64,000 nt of DNA from Candidatus Blackburnbacteria bacterium (GTDB lineage: Bacteria; Patescibacteriota; Microgenomatia; UBA8517; UBA10165): assembly GCA_016183565.1 (NCBI GenBank), contig JACPEJ010000004.1:41178-105177 (forward strand), read 5' to 3'. The position numbers and the translations under genes were made by a program. The notes beneath the pieces were generated by a model. The model was not told where the DNA came from. It made no database searches and saw nothing but the letters and a program-made list of their open reading frames with translations. The first letter of the stretch is position 1. The number at the start of each line of letters is the position of its first letter. This document shows positions 55,589-63,577 of this stretch, in pieces.

Positions 55589-55762
55589 CTATTTCAGCTT
55601 CTGAGTTTCGCGGTGCTCCGTGTGTTGGCGGCACTTTTTGCAGAATTTGTTAAGTGTTAGTTTCCCTTCTGTATTGGTTTTGTTCTTTTCGGTTATATAG
55701 TTTGCAGTCTTGCAAACCGAACACACGAGCCCGAACAGTTGTCTTGCTCCTTTTTTAGCCAT
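55589..55762 (-). CDS. rpmG: 50S ribosomal protein L33
   Basis: hand translation MAKKGARQLFGLVCSVCKTANYITEKNKTNTEGKLTLNKFCKKCRQHTEHRETQKLK; two CxxC pairs of the L33 zinc ribbon. Confidence 0.7.
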   Translation of the reverse strand: MAKKGARQLFGLVCSVCKTANYITEKNKTNTEGKLTLNKFCKKCRQHTEHRETQKLK

Positions 55763-55786
55763 CTTTTACTCCTTTCTACTTGCTGA

Positions 55787-55857
55787 GCCTGGAGGGAGGA
55801 TTGAACTCCCGGCCTCTTTCTTACCATGAAAGCGTTCTCCCACTGAACTATCCAGGC
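55787..55857 (-). tRNA. tRNA-Thr (anticodon GGU)
   Basis: cloverleaf read by hand: acceptor gcctgga/tccaggc; D-arm gttc-agtggga-gaac; anticodon stem ctttc/gaaag with loop atGGTaa; T-arm gggag-ttcaatc-ctccc. Confidence 0.75.
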
Positions 55858-55906
55858 AATTCTTTTGATTTTGCCAAAATTGCGAGTCAATTTTTAATTC
55901 GATGAG

Positions 55907-55990
55907 TGCTGGGAGAGGGATTCGAACCCCCGAAGGCATATGCCACCTGATTTACAGTCAGGCTGGTTTGGCCGCTTCCAATATCCCAGC
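55907..55990 (-). tRNA. tRNA-Tyr (anticodon GUA), type II with long variable arm
   Basis: acceptor gctggga/tcccagc; anticodon stem cctga/tcagg with loop ctGTAaa; variable stem ggcat/atgcc; T-loop ttcgaat. Confidence 0.7.
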
Positions 55991-56785
55991 ATTATTTGTT
56001 AAATTATCTTTAAAACTTAAAAATCTTCCGATGTGTCTTTGGTTACTAAATCGTATTTCGCTGTAAAACTTATTTATATTGTCTCTTCTTGTCAAAAATA
56101 TACTGTAACTAGAAATTCTGGACGGTTTGAAACCAAGTGTTTCCAGTATCCTCCGAGTAGATTTTAACAAATTCTCTGACCGATTGCGGAAAGACATTTG
56201 CATTCCACCCGAAGCTAAAAGATAGACAGACCCATCTGTATCAAAAAATCCTCTTAAAAAAGCCTTCATATACTCTTTGTTTGTCCAAATCCAAGCAGGA
56301 ACATCCACCTGCCCTTTAACCTTATTTGGCATTAAACCCATCTCGAGCAACCATCGGACTATTTTCGTAGATCCGACATAGATAACTTGATAACCTTTTT
56401 TGGTATATATTGCTCGAGGATGGCACTCAAATAATTTCAATATTAACTTTTGTATGAAAGTACAATATTGTTGCTCCTTGTTTCCCAAGTGAACAAGAAC
56501 TTGAGTAGGTGAAATGTGCCCATCTCCAAGCATTATCCCAATAAATTCTGCTAGCTCTGGGGAATATCTAGGCAGCTTAACGGTTAGATTGCTAGAGTTA
56601 TTAAACCCGGGCTTTTTATATCTTTGAGTCGGTATTCGCAAACGAACCAAGCGATCATAAATTGTAGTTTCCGCTAAACCGATCTCTTTGCCAATTTCAC
56701 CTATTGCTTTATTCTTTTTAACGTACAGGTCAACAAGTTCTTTTCGATGCTCATCTTCTTGTTGTTTTGTCCAACGCTTTGCCAT
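55958..56785 (-). CDS. LAGLIDADG-family homing endonuclease (double-motif) with N-terminal HTH
   Basis: two LAGLIDADG motifs (FIGIMLGDGHI and LRGFFDTDGSV); N-terminal HTH (IGKEIGLAETTIYDRL); the last 11 codons overlap the 5' part of tRNA-Tyr. Confidence 0.75.
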   Translation of the reverse strand: MAKRWTKQQEDEHRKELVDLYVKKNKAIGEIGKEIGLAETTIYDRLVRLRIPTQRYKKPGFNNSSNLTVKLPRYSPELAEFIGIMLGDGHISPTQVLVHLGNKEQQYCTFIQKLILKLFECHPRAIYTKKGYQVIYVGSTKIVRWLLEMGLMPNKVKGQVDVPAWIWTNKEYMKAFLRGFFDTDGSVYLLASGGMQMSFRNRSENLLKSTRRILETLGFKPSRISSYSIFLTRRDNINKFYSEIRFSNQRHIGRFLSFKDNLTNNAGILEAAKPA

Positions 56786-56789
56786 TCTG

Positions 56790-56873
56790 AGCCGGAGGAG
56801 GGATTCGAACCCACGAAAACCTTGCGGTCCTTCGCTTTACAAAAGCGCTGCTCTACCACTGAGCTACTCCGGC
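56790..56873 (-). tRNA. tRNA-Thr (anticodon UGU)-like with an unusually long (about 16 nt) variable region
   Basis: acceptor gccggag/ctccggc; D-arm tagctcagtggtagagc; anticodon arm cagcgc-tTTGTaa-agcg aligns with bacterial tRNA-Thr; an extra accgcaaggtt mini-hairpin lies in the variable loop; T-loop ttcgaat. Confidence 0.55.
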
Positions 56874-56965
56874 TTGCGTAACGTAGATTATATCAAACTT
56901 TGGGCTCAAAGGGAATCTCTCGAGAGTGGAAAGAATATGAGGTTTGAAGTATAATTATGTCAGAT

Positions 56966-57036
56966 AGGGCTGTGGTGAAATGGCATCACTGCTGTCTCCA
57001 AAACAGCCATTCCAGGTTCGAATCCTGGCAGCCCTG
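56966..57036 (+). tRNA. tRNA-Trp (anticodon CCA)
   Basis: acceptor agggctg/cagccct; D-arm gtga-aatggca-tcac; anticodon stem gctgt/acagc with loop ctCCAaa; T-arm ccagg-ttcgaat-cctgg. Confidence 0.8.
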
Positions 57037-57280
57037 CATTCCAGGTGCCTTCGGAATTATACTTCGCTTAAAGCTGTGCCACCTGTAAAGTAGAAATGCG
57101 AGGTTAAGGGTGTGTGTCGAGAAAACTCCTCAAGAATAATTTTTTGATAAGGAAAATTCGGCCTTTTAGGGTCTTTTTGAGTTCCTCTATTTGGTAATCC
57201 CAAATCAAGCTCACAAGTTATTGTACATCAAATCGACCACTCAAAGCAAAGAGGGTGACCCTGTAATTACTTGACATTCA

Positions 57281-57309
57281 GTGAACTTTATAGTATACTA
57301 TTGGCTTAG
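57281..57309 (+). promoter_or_regulatory. sigma-70 consensus-like promoter TTGACA-17-TATACT
   Basis: read directly; about 105 bp upstream of the GTG start at 57415, which is preceded by an aaggag RBS. Confidence 0.45.
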
Positions 57310-57414
57310 AGGATGAGATAGTTGGCTGTCCGCAAACCAATCAATTCTCAACTTCTCACTACCCGCAAGGGAGTGAAACTAGCACTTTAAATTGCGGAAG
57401 AAGGAGAACAAGAG

Positions 57415-58101
57415 GTGAAGCTTTTCTGGGCAGTCCTGGTATCCGTTTCGTTGGTGGTCACGACCTTCGGCTCAGCCTCCGCTGACAACAGCAAGGCGAC
57501 CCCGATAGTGCCGCGTGTCGAGCTTTCCATGCCGGTAAGCGTACAGCCCGGCCAGACCGTTGAGGTCCCCGTCGTTGTCCGCACCGCTGGCGTGGCCGTG
57601 GATGTGGGCGAGTTCCTACTTGTCTACCCTGTCGACGCGATCGAGTCCGTCACTTTCAAAGCTGCGGATGGTATCACTACCATCACACAGCCTCGTCGCG
57701 AGGACGAGGGCCTTGGCAAGTTCTACCTGGCCTATGGGGTGTTGGGAGGCACGCTGAAGGATGGTCAAAGGGTGGCAACGATCAAGGTCGCACTCAAGAA
57801 CAGCCTTCCGGCCACAACCATCACACTGCAGCTTCAGCGGAACAACCTGGCCCACGCCGGCATGCCTATTTCGCAAGCCCCTGACACGACGTATACCATC
57901 AGTGTGAGGCAGCTCCTGCTGGGTGATGCGAACGGCGACGGCGTCGTGGACCTTATTGACTTTTCGATCATGCTCGGGTCTTTCGGCGTCTGCAAGGGGC
58001 AGACCGCCTACAATCCGCAGGCCGACTTCAGTCGGAGCGGGTGCGTCAACACCGAAGACTTCTCGCTCTTGAGGAGCAATTTCGGCCGTAAGCAGGCGTA
58101 A
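57415..58101 (+). CDS. secreted cohesin-like / dockerin-domain protein (GC-rich island)
   Basis: signal peptide; beta-rich middle region; C-terminal dockerin-type Ca-binding repeats (LGDANGDGVVDLIDFSIML ... ADFSRSGCVNTEDFSLLRSNFG); about 60% GC. Confidence 0.55.
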   Translation: MKLFWAVLVSVSLVVTTFGSASADNSKATPIVPRVELSMPVSVQPGQTVEVPVVVRTAGVAVDVGEFLLVYPVDAIESVTFKAADGITTITQPRREDEGLGKFYLAYGVLGGTLKDGQRVATIKVALKNSLPATTITLQLQRNNLAHAGMPISQAPDTTYTISVRQLLLGDANGDGVVDLIDFSIMLGSFGVCKGQTAYNPQADFSRSGCVNTEDFSLLRSNFGRKQA

Positions 58102-58404
58102 AGCCCTTCTTCCACAAGTATACAAAGGCACCGTGTTCAGATACCAGTCGGTATCTGATTGTGACAATGACGTCACCACGGTGCCTTTTCTTTTGGTTCT
58201 TTTCTTTACTAACACAAAACAATTCCTTAAGTGAATTCTCAAAATTACACTACACTCCTACGTAGGAGTGTAGTGTGTTCAATTAAATATATGAATAAAC
58301 TTATATGTTACAGGTGATATTTTGTGATACGTTATATCTCCTTGCCTCGCTTGACAAATAAAAGCACAAATGTATACTTAAATATACATTCAAGTGCATA
58401 TATT

Positions 58405-58701
58405 ATGAACTACATGACTACAACTGAATTACGAACAAAGACAAAGGAACTTATCCAAGCTCTCAAGGATGGTGAGACTGTGGAGTTGATTCATAGATCC
58501 AAAATCATTGGAGAGTTTAGGCCAGCTGAAGAAGAAGCGCCAGTAATACGAGACCTAGAGAAGTTTGAAAAATTCCTTGCTGGCATAGATCCTGGTGAAG
58601 ACACAACCTACAGAGAAAGAGAAAGACGCTATAGAAAGCATCTTGAGGGAAAGTATGGCAAGGGTCTTTCTGGACACCAACATATTTATAGACTACGTTG
58701 A
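58405..58701 (+). CDS. Phd/YefM-type antitoxin
   Basis: MTTTELRTKTKELIQALKDGETVELIHRSKIIGEF matches the Phd/YefM N-terminal fold; overlaps the downstream PIN gene. Confidence 0.5.
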   Translation: MNYMTTTELRTKTKELIQALKDGETVELIHRSKIIGEFRPAEEEAPVIRDLEKFEKFLAGIDPGEDTTYRERERRYRKHLEGKYGKGLSGHQHIYRLR

Positions 58702-59029
58702 GCGTAAACCAAGCGCAGACCGAGCAGAGCTTGTATCACACAAGGTCTTTGTATCAGTACTCTCAGTCCACATTTTGGCCTACATATATAAGTACAAAGT
58801 TCCCACACCAAAACTCAAAGACTTGGAAAAGAATTTTACGCTCCTACCGTTCAATAGAATAATATTTGAGAAATCACGTCTAGGGCCAACAACCGATTTT
58901 GAAGATAATGTACAGTTAAATTCTGCTGTCGAAGCCGATTGTGATTTTTTCTTAACACTTGACCGCCAGCTCTTAAAACTGAAGTTTTTTGGCAAAACAA
59001 GGGTGGTTTCCTCTCTGAGCGCAGATTGA
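58655..59029 (+). CDS. PIN-domain toxin (VapC-like)
   Basis: MARVFLDTNIFIDYVER ... acidic PIN residues; about 125 aa. Confidence 0.6.
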   Translation: MARVFLDTNIFIDYVERKPSADRAELVSHKVFVSVLSVHILAYIYKYKVPTPKLKDLEKNFTLLPFNRIIFEKSRLGPTTDFEDNVQLNSAVEADCDFFLTLDRQLLKLKFFGKTRVVSSLSAD

Positions 59030-59044
59030 AACTTGCTACTACAT

Positions 59045-59827
59045 TCATTTAATACAAAAGAAGCTCCCGATTGGGGAAAGTTCGGCAAGAGAAATCTCCT
59101 GAGAGTAAAATGCTGAGGCTGTTCCCCCGTCAAGATTTAGCGCGTCTTTAAACTTTATTCCAGATTTTTCTTCAAACATTTTTAAAACAGAAGGCAGACC
59201 AGCAAGGTTTGGTCCTATAAAAAGAGATTTCGGATTAAAAAGAACAAGGAAGATAGCTTTCCCCTCTTCGCTAGTTCCAACAACAATTCGTCTTTCTCGT
59301 TGATCATTTTTAAGTTTCAAGGATTGTGCACTATTGTTTTTTATCAAAATCGGTCCTGCTTGAACTGCAAACCGAAAGTCTTTTTGTGTCATATCTTCGG
59401 ATACGAACACCACACCCTCACTGTCGATCCCAAAAACTCCGTTAAATAAAGCGTTCTTTGCCCATTTCTTCAGCATTTCTCCCTCTGTCACAAAAAGTCC
59501 TATGTGTTCTCCTTCTTTTGTATAAAAACCTCCGCTTACAATGTTTTTGCATCCTTTTTCTTGCATTAAAGCTTTTGCGGTTTTTTTCTCGTCAAGATTG
59601 GAGAAAAGAAAAATCTCATTTGGGTTCGGAACTTCAAACCAAACAATTCTTAGAGTTGAATCTAAGTAGTTTAGATCAATAATGTTTTTGTTTTTTGTTT
59701 TGATATTACTTTCCACCTCACCTTGTTTTGGTAATTCCGTGTTTGTTTTTTCCAACCACAACCAGAGGTAGCCTAAAATTCCTACACTAATTATCATTCC
59801 TAGAGCCAAGAGATGAACCCTTTTCAT
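59045..59827 (-). CDS. phosphodiester glycosidase-family (DUF2233/NAGPA-like) membrane-anchored protein
   Basis: N-terminal TM; ...IVSGGFY...NLDGGTASAF pattern; family assignment tentative. Confidence 0.45.
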   Translation of the reverse strand: MKRVHLLALGMIISVGILGYLWLWLEKTNTELPKQGEVESNIKTKNKNIIDLNYLDSTLRIVWFEVPNPNEIFLFSNLDEKKTAKALMQEKGCKNIVSGGFYTKEGEHIGLFVTEGEMLKKWAKNALFNGVFGIDSEGVVFVSEDMTQKDFRFAVQAGPILIKNNSAQSLKLKNDQRERRIVVGTSEEGKAIFLVLFNPKSLFIGPNLAGLPSVLKMFEEKSGIKFKDALNLDGGTASAFYSQEISLAELSPIGSFFCIK

Positions 59828-59869
59828 GCAATATACTAGTATATACCCACACCGGTTGGCTGGACGTGG

Positions 59870-60925
59870 ATGGTAAAATGGAGCGTGAGCAAAATTACCA
59901 CACTGACACTTTTCATTTTTGCAATTGTTATTTCTGGAACATTTGGTTGGTGGGTTGGCAAAAACCAAGAAAAAACAACCAGAGCGCTACCTAAAACAAT
60001 TACCGAAAGGTTAAGACCTCTTGAGAAATACTCGATAGAAAATCTTTCAAAAAGAACAATTACTCCATCAGAGATCAAAATTGAAAAAGAATTGCAAGCC
60101 AAGACAACTGCTGTCAAAAACCCAATTTTCAAAAGCTACCTTTTTTCTTATATATCAGAGGGTAAAAAGGTAAGCGGGCAAGTTAATATTCCCTCAGGAT
60201 CGGGGTCATTTCCAGCTGTTGTGATGTACAGGGGATATATTGACCAGAATGAGTACACGACTGGTATGGGGACAAGGAATACTGCCTCTGTTTTGGCACA
60301 AAACGGGTTTGTTACTTTTGCGCCTGATTTTTTGGGGTATGGGGAGTCGGATCCTATTAATCCTGATGTTATTCCGGCACGTTTTGAAACTTACACAACT
60401 GCCTTGGACATGCTTTCTGCTGTCGAAAATGGAAAGTTCGTTTCTGACAATCCTAACATTGAAAATTTCAAATTAAAAATTAAAAATTTATTCTTGTGGG
60501 GTCATTCAAATGGCGGACATATTGCGCTTGCGGTTTTGGAGATAACCCAAAAAGAAATTCCAACTGTTCTTTGGGCACCTGTTACTAAACCTTTCCCCTA
60601 CTCTATTCTCTATTTTACAGATGAATCGGAAGATCATGGCAAATTCTTAAGACGCCAGATTGCTAATTTTGAGGAAGATTATGACATTAATCTTTATTCG
60701 ATTGATACATACTTTGATCGTATTAATGCGCCAATAGAACTTCACCAAGGAACTTTGGACGTGGCTGTCCCCAAACGCTGGTCGGACAGTTTTGTAAATA
60801 CTTTAAAAAAGAAGGAGAAAAAGATAACTTATTTCGTTTATCCGGGCGCGGATCATGACCTTAAACCTTCTTGGGATATTATAGTAAACCGCACTTTAGC
60901 TTTTTACAATAAACACCTTAAATAA
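59870..60925 (+). CDS. alpha/beta-hydrolase (prolyl oligopeptidase/dienelactone hydrolase-like) with N-terminal membrane anchor
   Basis: nucleophile elbow GHSNGG; C-terminal GADHDL catalytic His region. Confidence 0.7.
   Translation: MVKWSVSKITTLTLFIFAIVISGTFGWWVGKNQEKTTRALPKTITERLRPLEKYSIENLSKRTITPSEIKIEKELQAKTTAVKNPIFKSYLFSYISEGKKVSGQVNIPSGSGSFPAVVMYRGYIDQNEYTTGMGTRNTASVLAQNGFVTFAPDFLGYGESDPINPDVIPARFETYTTALDMLSAVENGKFVSDNPNIENFKLKIKNLFLWGHSNGGHIALAVLEITQKEIPTVLWAPVTKPFPYSILYFTDESEDHGKFLRRQIANFEEDYDINLYSIDTYFDRINAPIELHQGTLDVAVPKRWSDSFVNTLKKKEKKITYFVYPGADHDLKPSWDIIVNRTLAFYNKHLK
60462..60492. repeat. AT-rich palindromic element fragment inside hydrolase CDS
   Basis: attgaaaatttcaaattaaaaattaaaaattta; translated in-frame as NIENFKLKIKNLF. 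Confidence 0.55.
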
Positions 60926-60982
60926 CTCTTTGTTCTTGCTATTGACATACACTGTTTGTAAAAGCTAAACTCAAGGAGAATA

Positions 60983-61510
60983 ATGGGTGTTAGTCTTGCA
61001 GAACTAGCTCGCCCTTCAGAACTTACAGGATCTCAGACACCTGAGGTTCTTCAACCCCCAAAGGTGATCATATTTGACTGCGAACAACTTCTTGAAGTAC
61101 TTGAATCATTTCCCCATCCACGAGTGGACCCAGATTTTCAAAGACAGTTAGAGAAGCTAAGAGTTGTAACAGAAAGGGCTTTTGTTCCTGAGTCTCTAGT
61201 TGCTACAGTAAGAGTTGTAGGTTTAGCAAGAGTTGATGATGGTTTTTTGCAAGTGAGCCATGATTATTTTACGATGGGAACTTCTTATAGAAGATTGGGC
61301 AATCCCCGGATCATACAAGTCCAAGGGGATACTGTACGGGGCATAGGGTTTGATTACGAGGAGATGGTTTATCGCTTGTATCAGATTGAGGAGGATCAAG
61401 TAATTTTGGTTGTTAATCGACCACCGGCAGATTCGTTTATACAAGATCCAACAGGCGGACAGAGATATGTTTTAAATCCTCTCCGTTGTCATATCCCCCC
61501 AGTCCTCTGA
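60983..61510 (+). CDS. hypothetical protein
   Basis: 175-aa ORF; no recognised motif. Confidence 0.4.
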   Translation: MGVSLAELARPSELTGSQTPEVLQPPKVIIFDCEQLLEVLESFPHPRVDPDFQRQLEKLRVVTERAFVPESLVATVRVVGLARVDDGFLQVSHDYFTMGTSYRRLGNPRIIQVQGDTVRGIGFDYEEMVYRLYQIEEDQVILVVNRPPADSFIQDPTGGQRYVLNPLRCHIPPVL

Positions 61511-61588
61511 CATATCTTGTTTATTTTTGGTATACTTATGGCAGAAGGTATACTTTCCCAAACATGGAAGGGAGGCGATATATGACAT

Positions 61589-61789
61589 ATGGTAGTTGTC
61601 AAAGCAAAACCTGGCGAGTCAATGGATCGTCTTATTGCGCGTTTTCGAAAAAAAATCTTGCACTCTGGAGTTCTTTTGGAATACAAAGAGCGCGAACGCC
61701 ATAAGACAGACGCACAACGCCGCAAGGAACATAAATATAGAATTAAACATCTTCGGGAGATAGAGAAGAAGTATGGGCAGGATAGGTAA
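61589..61789 (+). CDS. rpsU: 30S ribosomal protein S21
   Basis: MVVVKAKPGESMDRLIARFRKKILHSGVLLEYKERERHKTDAQRRK follows the S21 pattern; ggagg RBS upstream. Confidence 0.7.
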   Translation: MVVVKAKPGESMDRLIARFRKKILHSGVLLEYKERERHKTDAQRRKEHKYRIKHLREIEKKYGQDR

Positions 61790-62020
61790 GAACTTTTCTT
61801 ACCCGTCCATACTTAGGATGTTTTTTGGCAAGTTTTCGCATTGGGTTATCTCTATAAACTTTGGCGATTACAGACGCTGCGGCAGTGGAGATGGATTTTC
61901 GTCCCCTTTTACTATTGCCAACTGGTTCTTTCTTTTGATCCCATGAGTGTACGGCACCTTCGGTAATTGGCAATCTAGGCGTAGGCATGATAGAATAAGA
62001 ACCTGATAGGAATCAGGAAT

Positions 62021-62100
62021 TATCTAATTTTCAATTTACAATTTTCAATGAAAATTTAGAGATTAAAAATTGATTAAAAATTAAAAATTTCAAATTGTAT
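62021..62100. repeat. AT-rich palindromic intergenic element upstream of secE
   Basis: taattttcaatttacaattttcaatgaaaatttagagattaaaaattgattaaaaattaaaaatttcaaattg. Confidence 0.65.
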
Positions 62101-62104
62101 TTTT

Positions 62105-62284
62105 ATGGGTCTTGTCTCGTTTTTAAAAGAGGTTCGGGCTGAATTATCTAAAGTAGTTTGGCCGACAAAGCAGCATACAATTCAAGCAACAATATTGGTT
62201 GTAGTAATATCAATATTTGTAGGCGTGTATGTAGGAGGACTGGATTTGATTTTTACGAGTTTGATGAACACGATACTTAAGTAA
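62105..62284 (+). CDS. secE: preprotein translocase subunit SecE
   Basis: 59 aa; MGLVSFLKEVRAELSKVVWPTKQHTIQATILVVVISIFVGVYVGGLDLIF; single TM; directly upstream of nusG. Confidence 0.7.
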   Translation: MGLVSFLKEVRAELSKVVWPTKQHTIQATILVVVISIFVGVYVGGLDLIFTSLMNTILK

Positions 62285-62316
62285 ATTCAAAAGTTAAAAG
62301 TTAAAAGTCAAAAGTT

Positions 62317-63018
62317 ATGGCTAAAGACCAATCCAAACTACAAGAAGACCAGATTGAAACTCCTGCAGAGGCTGCGGAGGAGGAATTGTCTGTTGAAAAA
62401 CCTGATGTGACCCCAAAAGACACGGGTATTTCTGAGCGTGGAGCTGGCTCAAAGCAACTTTCAGGTCATATTATTATTTCTGAAACCCGCGACCCTCGGG
62501 CCCGTTGGTATGTTGTCCATACAACTTCCGGACACGAAGCACGTGTTGCAGAATCTTTGAGACAAAGAATTGAAACAATGACTCTCGGAGAAAAGGTTTT
62601 TGAGATTTTGATTCCAACACAAGATCGAGTTGTTATAAGGTCCGGTAAAAAACTAATGGTTAAGGAAAAAATCTTCCCTGGGTATCTTTTGGTTAAGATG
62701 ATTTTGGATGAGGATGCTTGGCTTGGTGTGAGAACTACTCCTGGTGTTACAGGATTTGTGGGCGCAGGGAATACACCCACTCCCCTTTCAAACCAAGAAG
62801 TAGAAAATATAGAGAAGTTTATTTCAGCACCTGCAGCACGTTATAAGGTTCGATTCTCAACAGGTGAGGCAGTGAGAATTACAGACGGGCCATTCGCAGA
62901 ATTTTTAGGAACCATAAACGAAATGGATGAAGAGCGAGGAAAAGTTAAGGTTATGGTTTCGATCTTTGGAAGAGAAACACCTGTGGAATTGGATTTTCTA
63001 CAGATAGCGAAGGTGTAA
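62317..63018 (+). CDS. nusG: transcription termination/antitermination factor NusG
   Basis: NGN domain (RWYVVHTTSGHEARV); C-terminal KOW (GEAVRITDGPFAEFLGTINEMDEERGKVKV). Confidence 0.9.
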   Translation: MAKDQSKLQEDQIETPAEAAEEELSVEKPDVTPKDTGISERGAGSKQLSGHIIISETRDPRARWYVVHTTSGHEARVAESLRQRIETMTLGEKVFEILIPTQDRVVIRSGKKLMVKEKIFPGYLLVKMILDEDAWLGVRTTPGVTGFVGAGNTPTPLSNQEVENIEKFISAPAARYKVRFSTGEAVRITDGPFAEFLGTINEMDEERGKVKVMVSIFGRETPVELDFLQIAKV

Positions 63019-63069
63019 ACAGGTTGTAGTTTGTAGGTTTTAGGTTGTAGAAAAATTCTGCCTAATAAA

Positions 63070-63498
63070 ATGGTTGCAAAAAAAGTAAAAATCATTGTCA
63101 AAATTAATTTACCAGCAGGAGAGGCAACTCCTGCTCCTCCTTTGGGTCCAACCTTGGGTCAACATGGAGTTCCGATAATGGATTTTGTTAAGGCTTACAA
63201 TGAAAAAACTGCTGATCAAAAAGGCAATATTGTTCCTGTTGTTATAACAATATATGAAGATCGAAGTTTTGAGTTTGAAACAAAACTTGCACCGGTTTCT
63301 GAACTAATAAAGAAAGAGCTTAATCTTCAAAAAGGAAGCGGAGAACAAAAGAAAAATATAGTTGGAAAATTAACTTCTGATCAGATCAAAAAGATTGCAG
63401 AAGCTAAATTACCGGATTTGAATACTGTAGATGTTGAGGCTGCGATGCACATAGTAGAAGGAACAGCAAGGAGTATGGGGGTGAAAGTAAGTTCGTAG
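63070..63498 (+). CDS. rplK: 50S ribosomal protein L11
   Basis: [42 protein letters not shown] matches the L11 N-terminal domain. Confidence 0.9.
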   Translation: MVAKKVKIIVKINLPAGEATPAPPLGPTLGQHGVPIMDFVKAYNEKTADQKGNIVPVVITIYEDRSFEFETKLAPVSELIKKELNLQKGSGEQKKNIVGKLTSDQIKKIAEAKLPDLNTVDVEAAMHIVEGTARSMGVKVSS

Positions 63499-63571
63499 GT
63501 TGTAGTGAGTAGTAAGTAGACTATTCGAAAACAGTAATCTACCACCTACTACCTACAGCCTACAACCTAAA
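63497..63571. other. long imperfect hairpin of ctacaacc-type repeats in the rplK-rplA spacer
   Basis: ggttgtagtgagtagtaagtagac ... ctaccacctactacctacagcctacaacc; related to the repeats flanking the IVS-protein gene. Confidence 0.5.
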
Positions 63572-63577
63572 TTTGTT

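Noticed and set aside
61743-61988. 81-aa basic minus-strand ORF (MPTPRLPITEGAVHSW...) as a ribosomal protein (L32-like?)
   Set aside because: Similarity to L32 or other small ribosomal proteins is too weak to assert. It overlaps the rpsU 3' end by 46 nt. Left unannotated.
57037-62104. tRNA-Trp 3'-end direct repeat marking an integrated element (attL/attR)
   Set aside because: I searched by eye for a second copy of ggttcgaatcctggcagccc between tRNA-Trp and secE and found none, so an integrase-type island cannot be asserted. The insertion is reported only as a compositional/gene-content anomaly.
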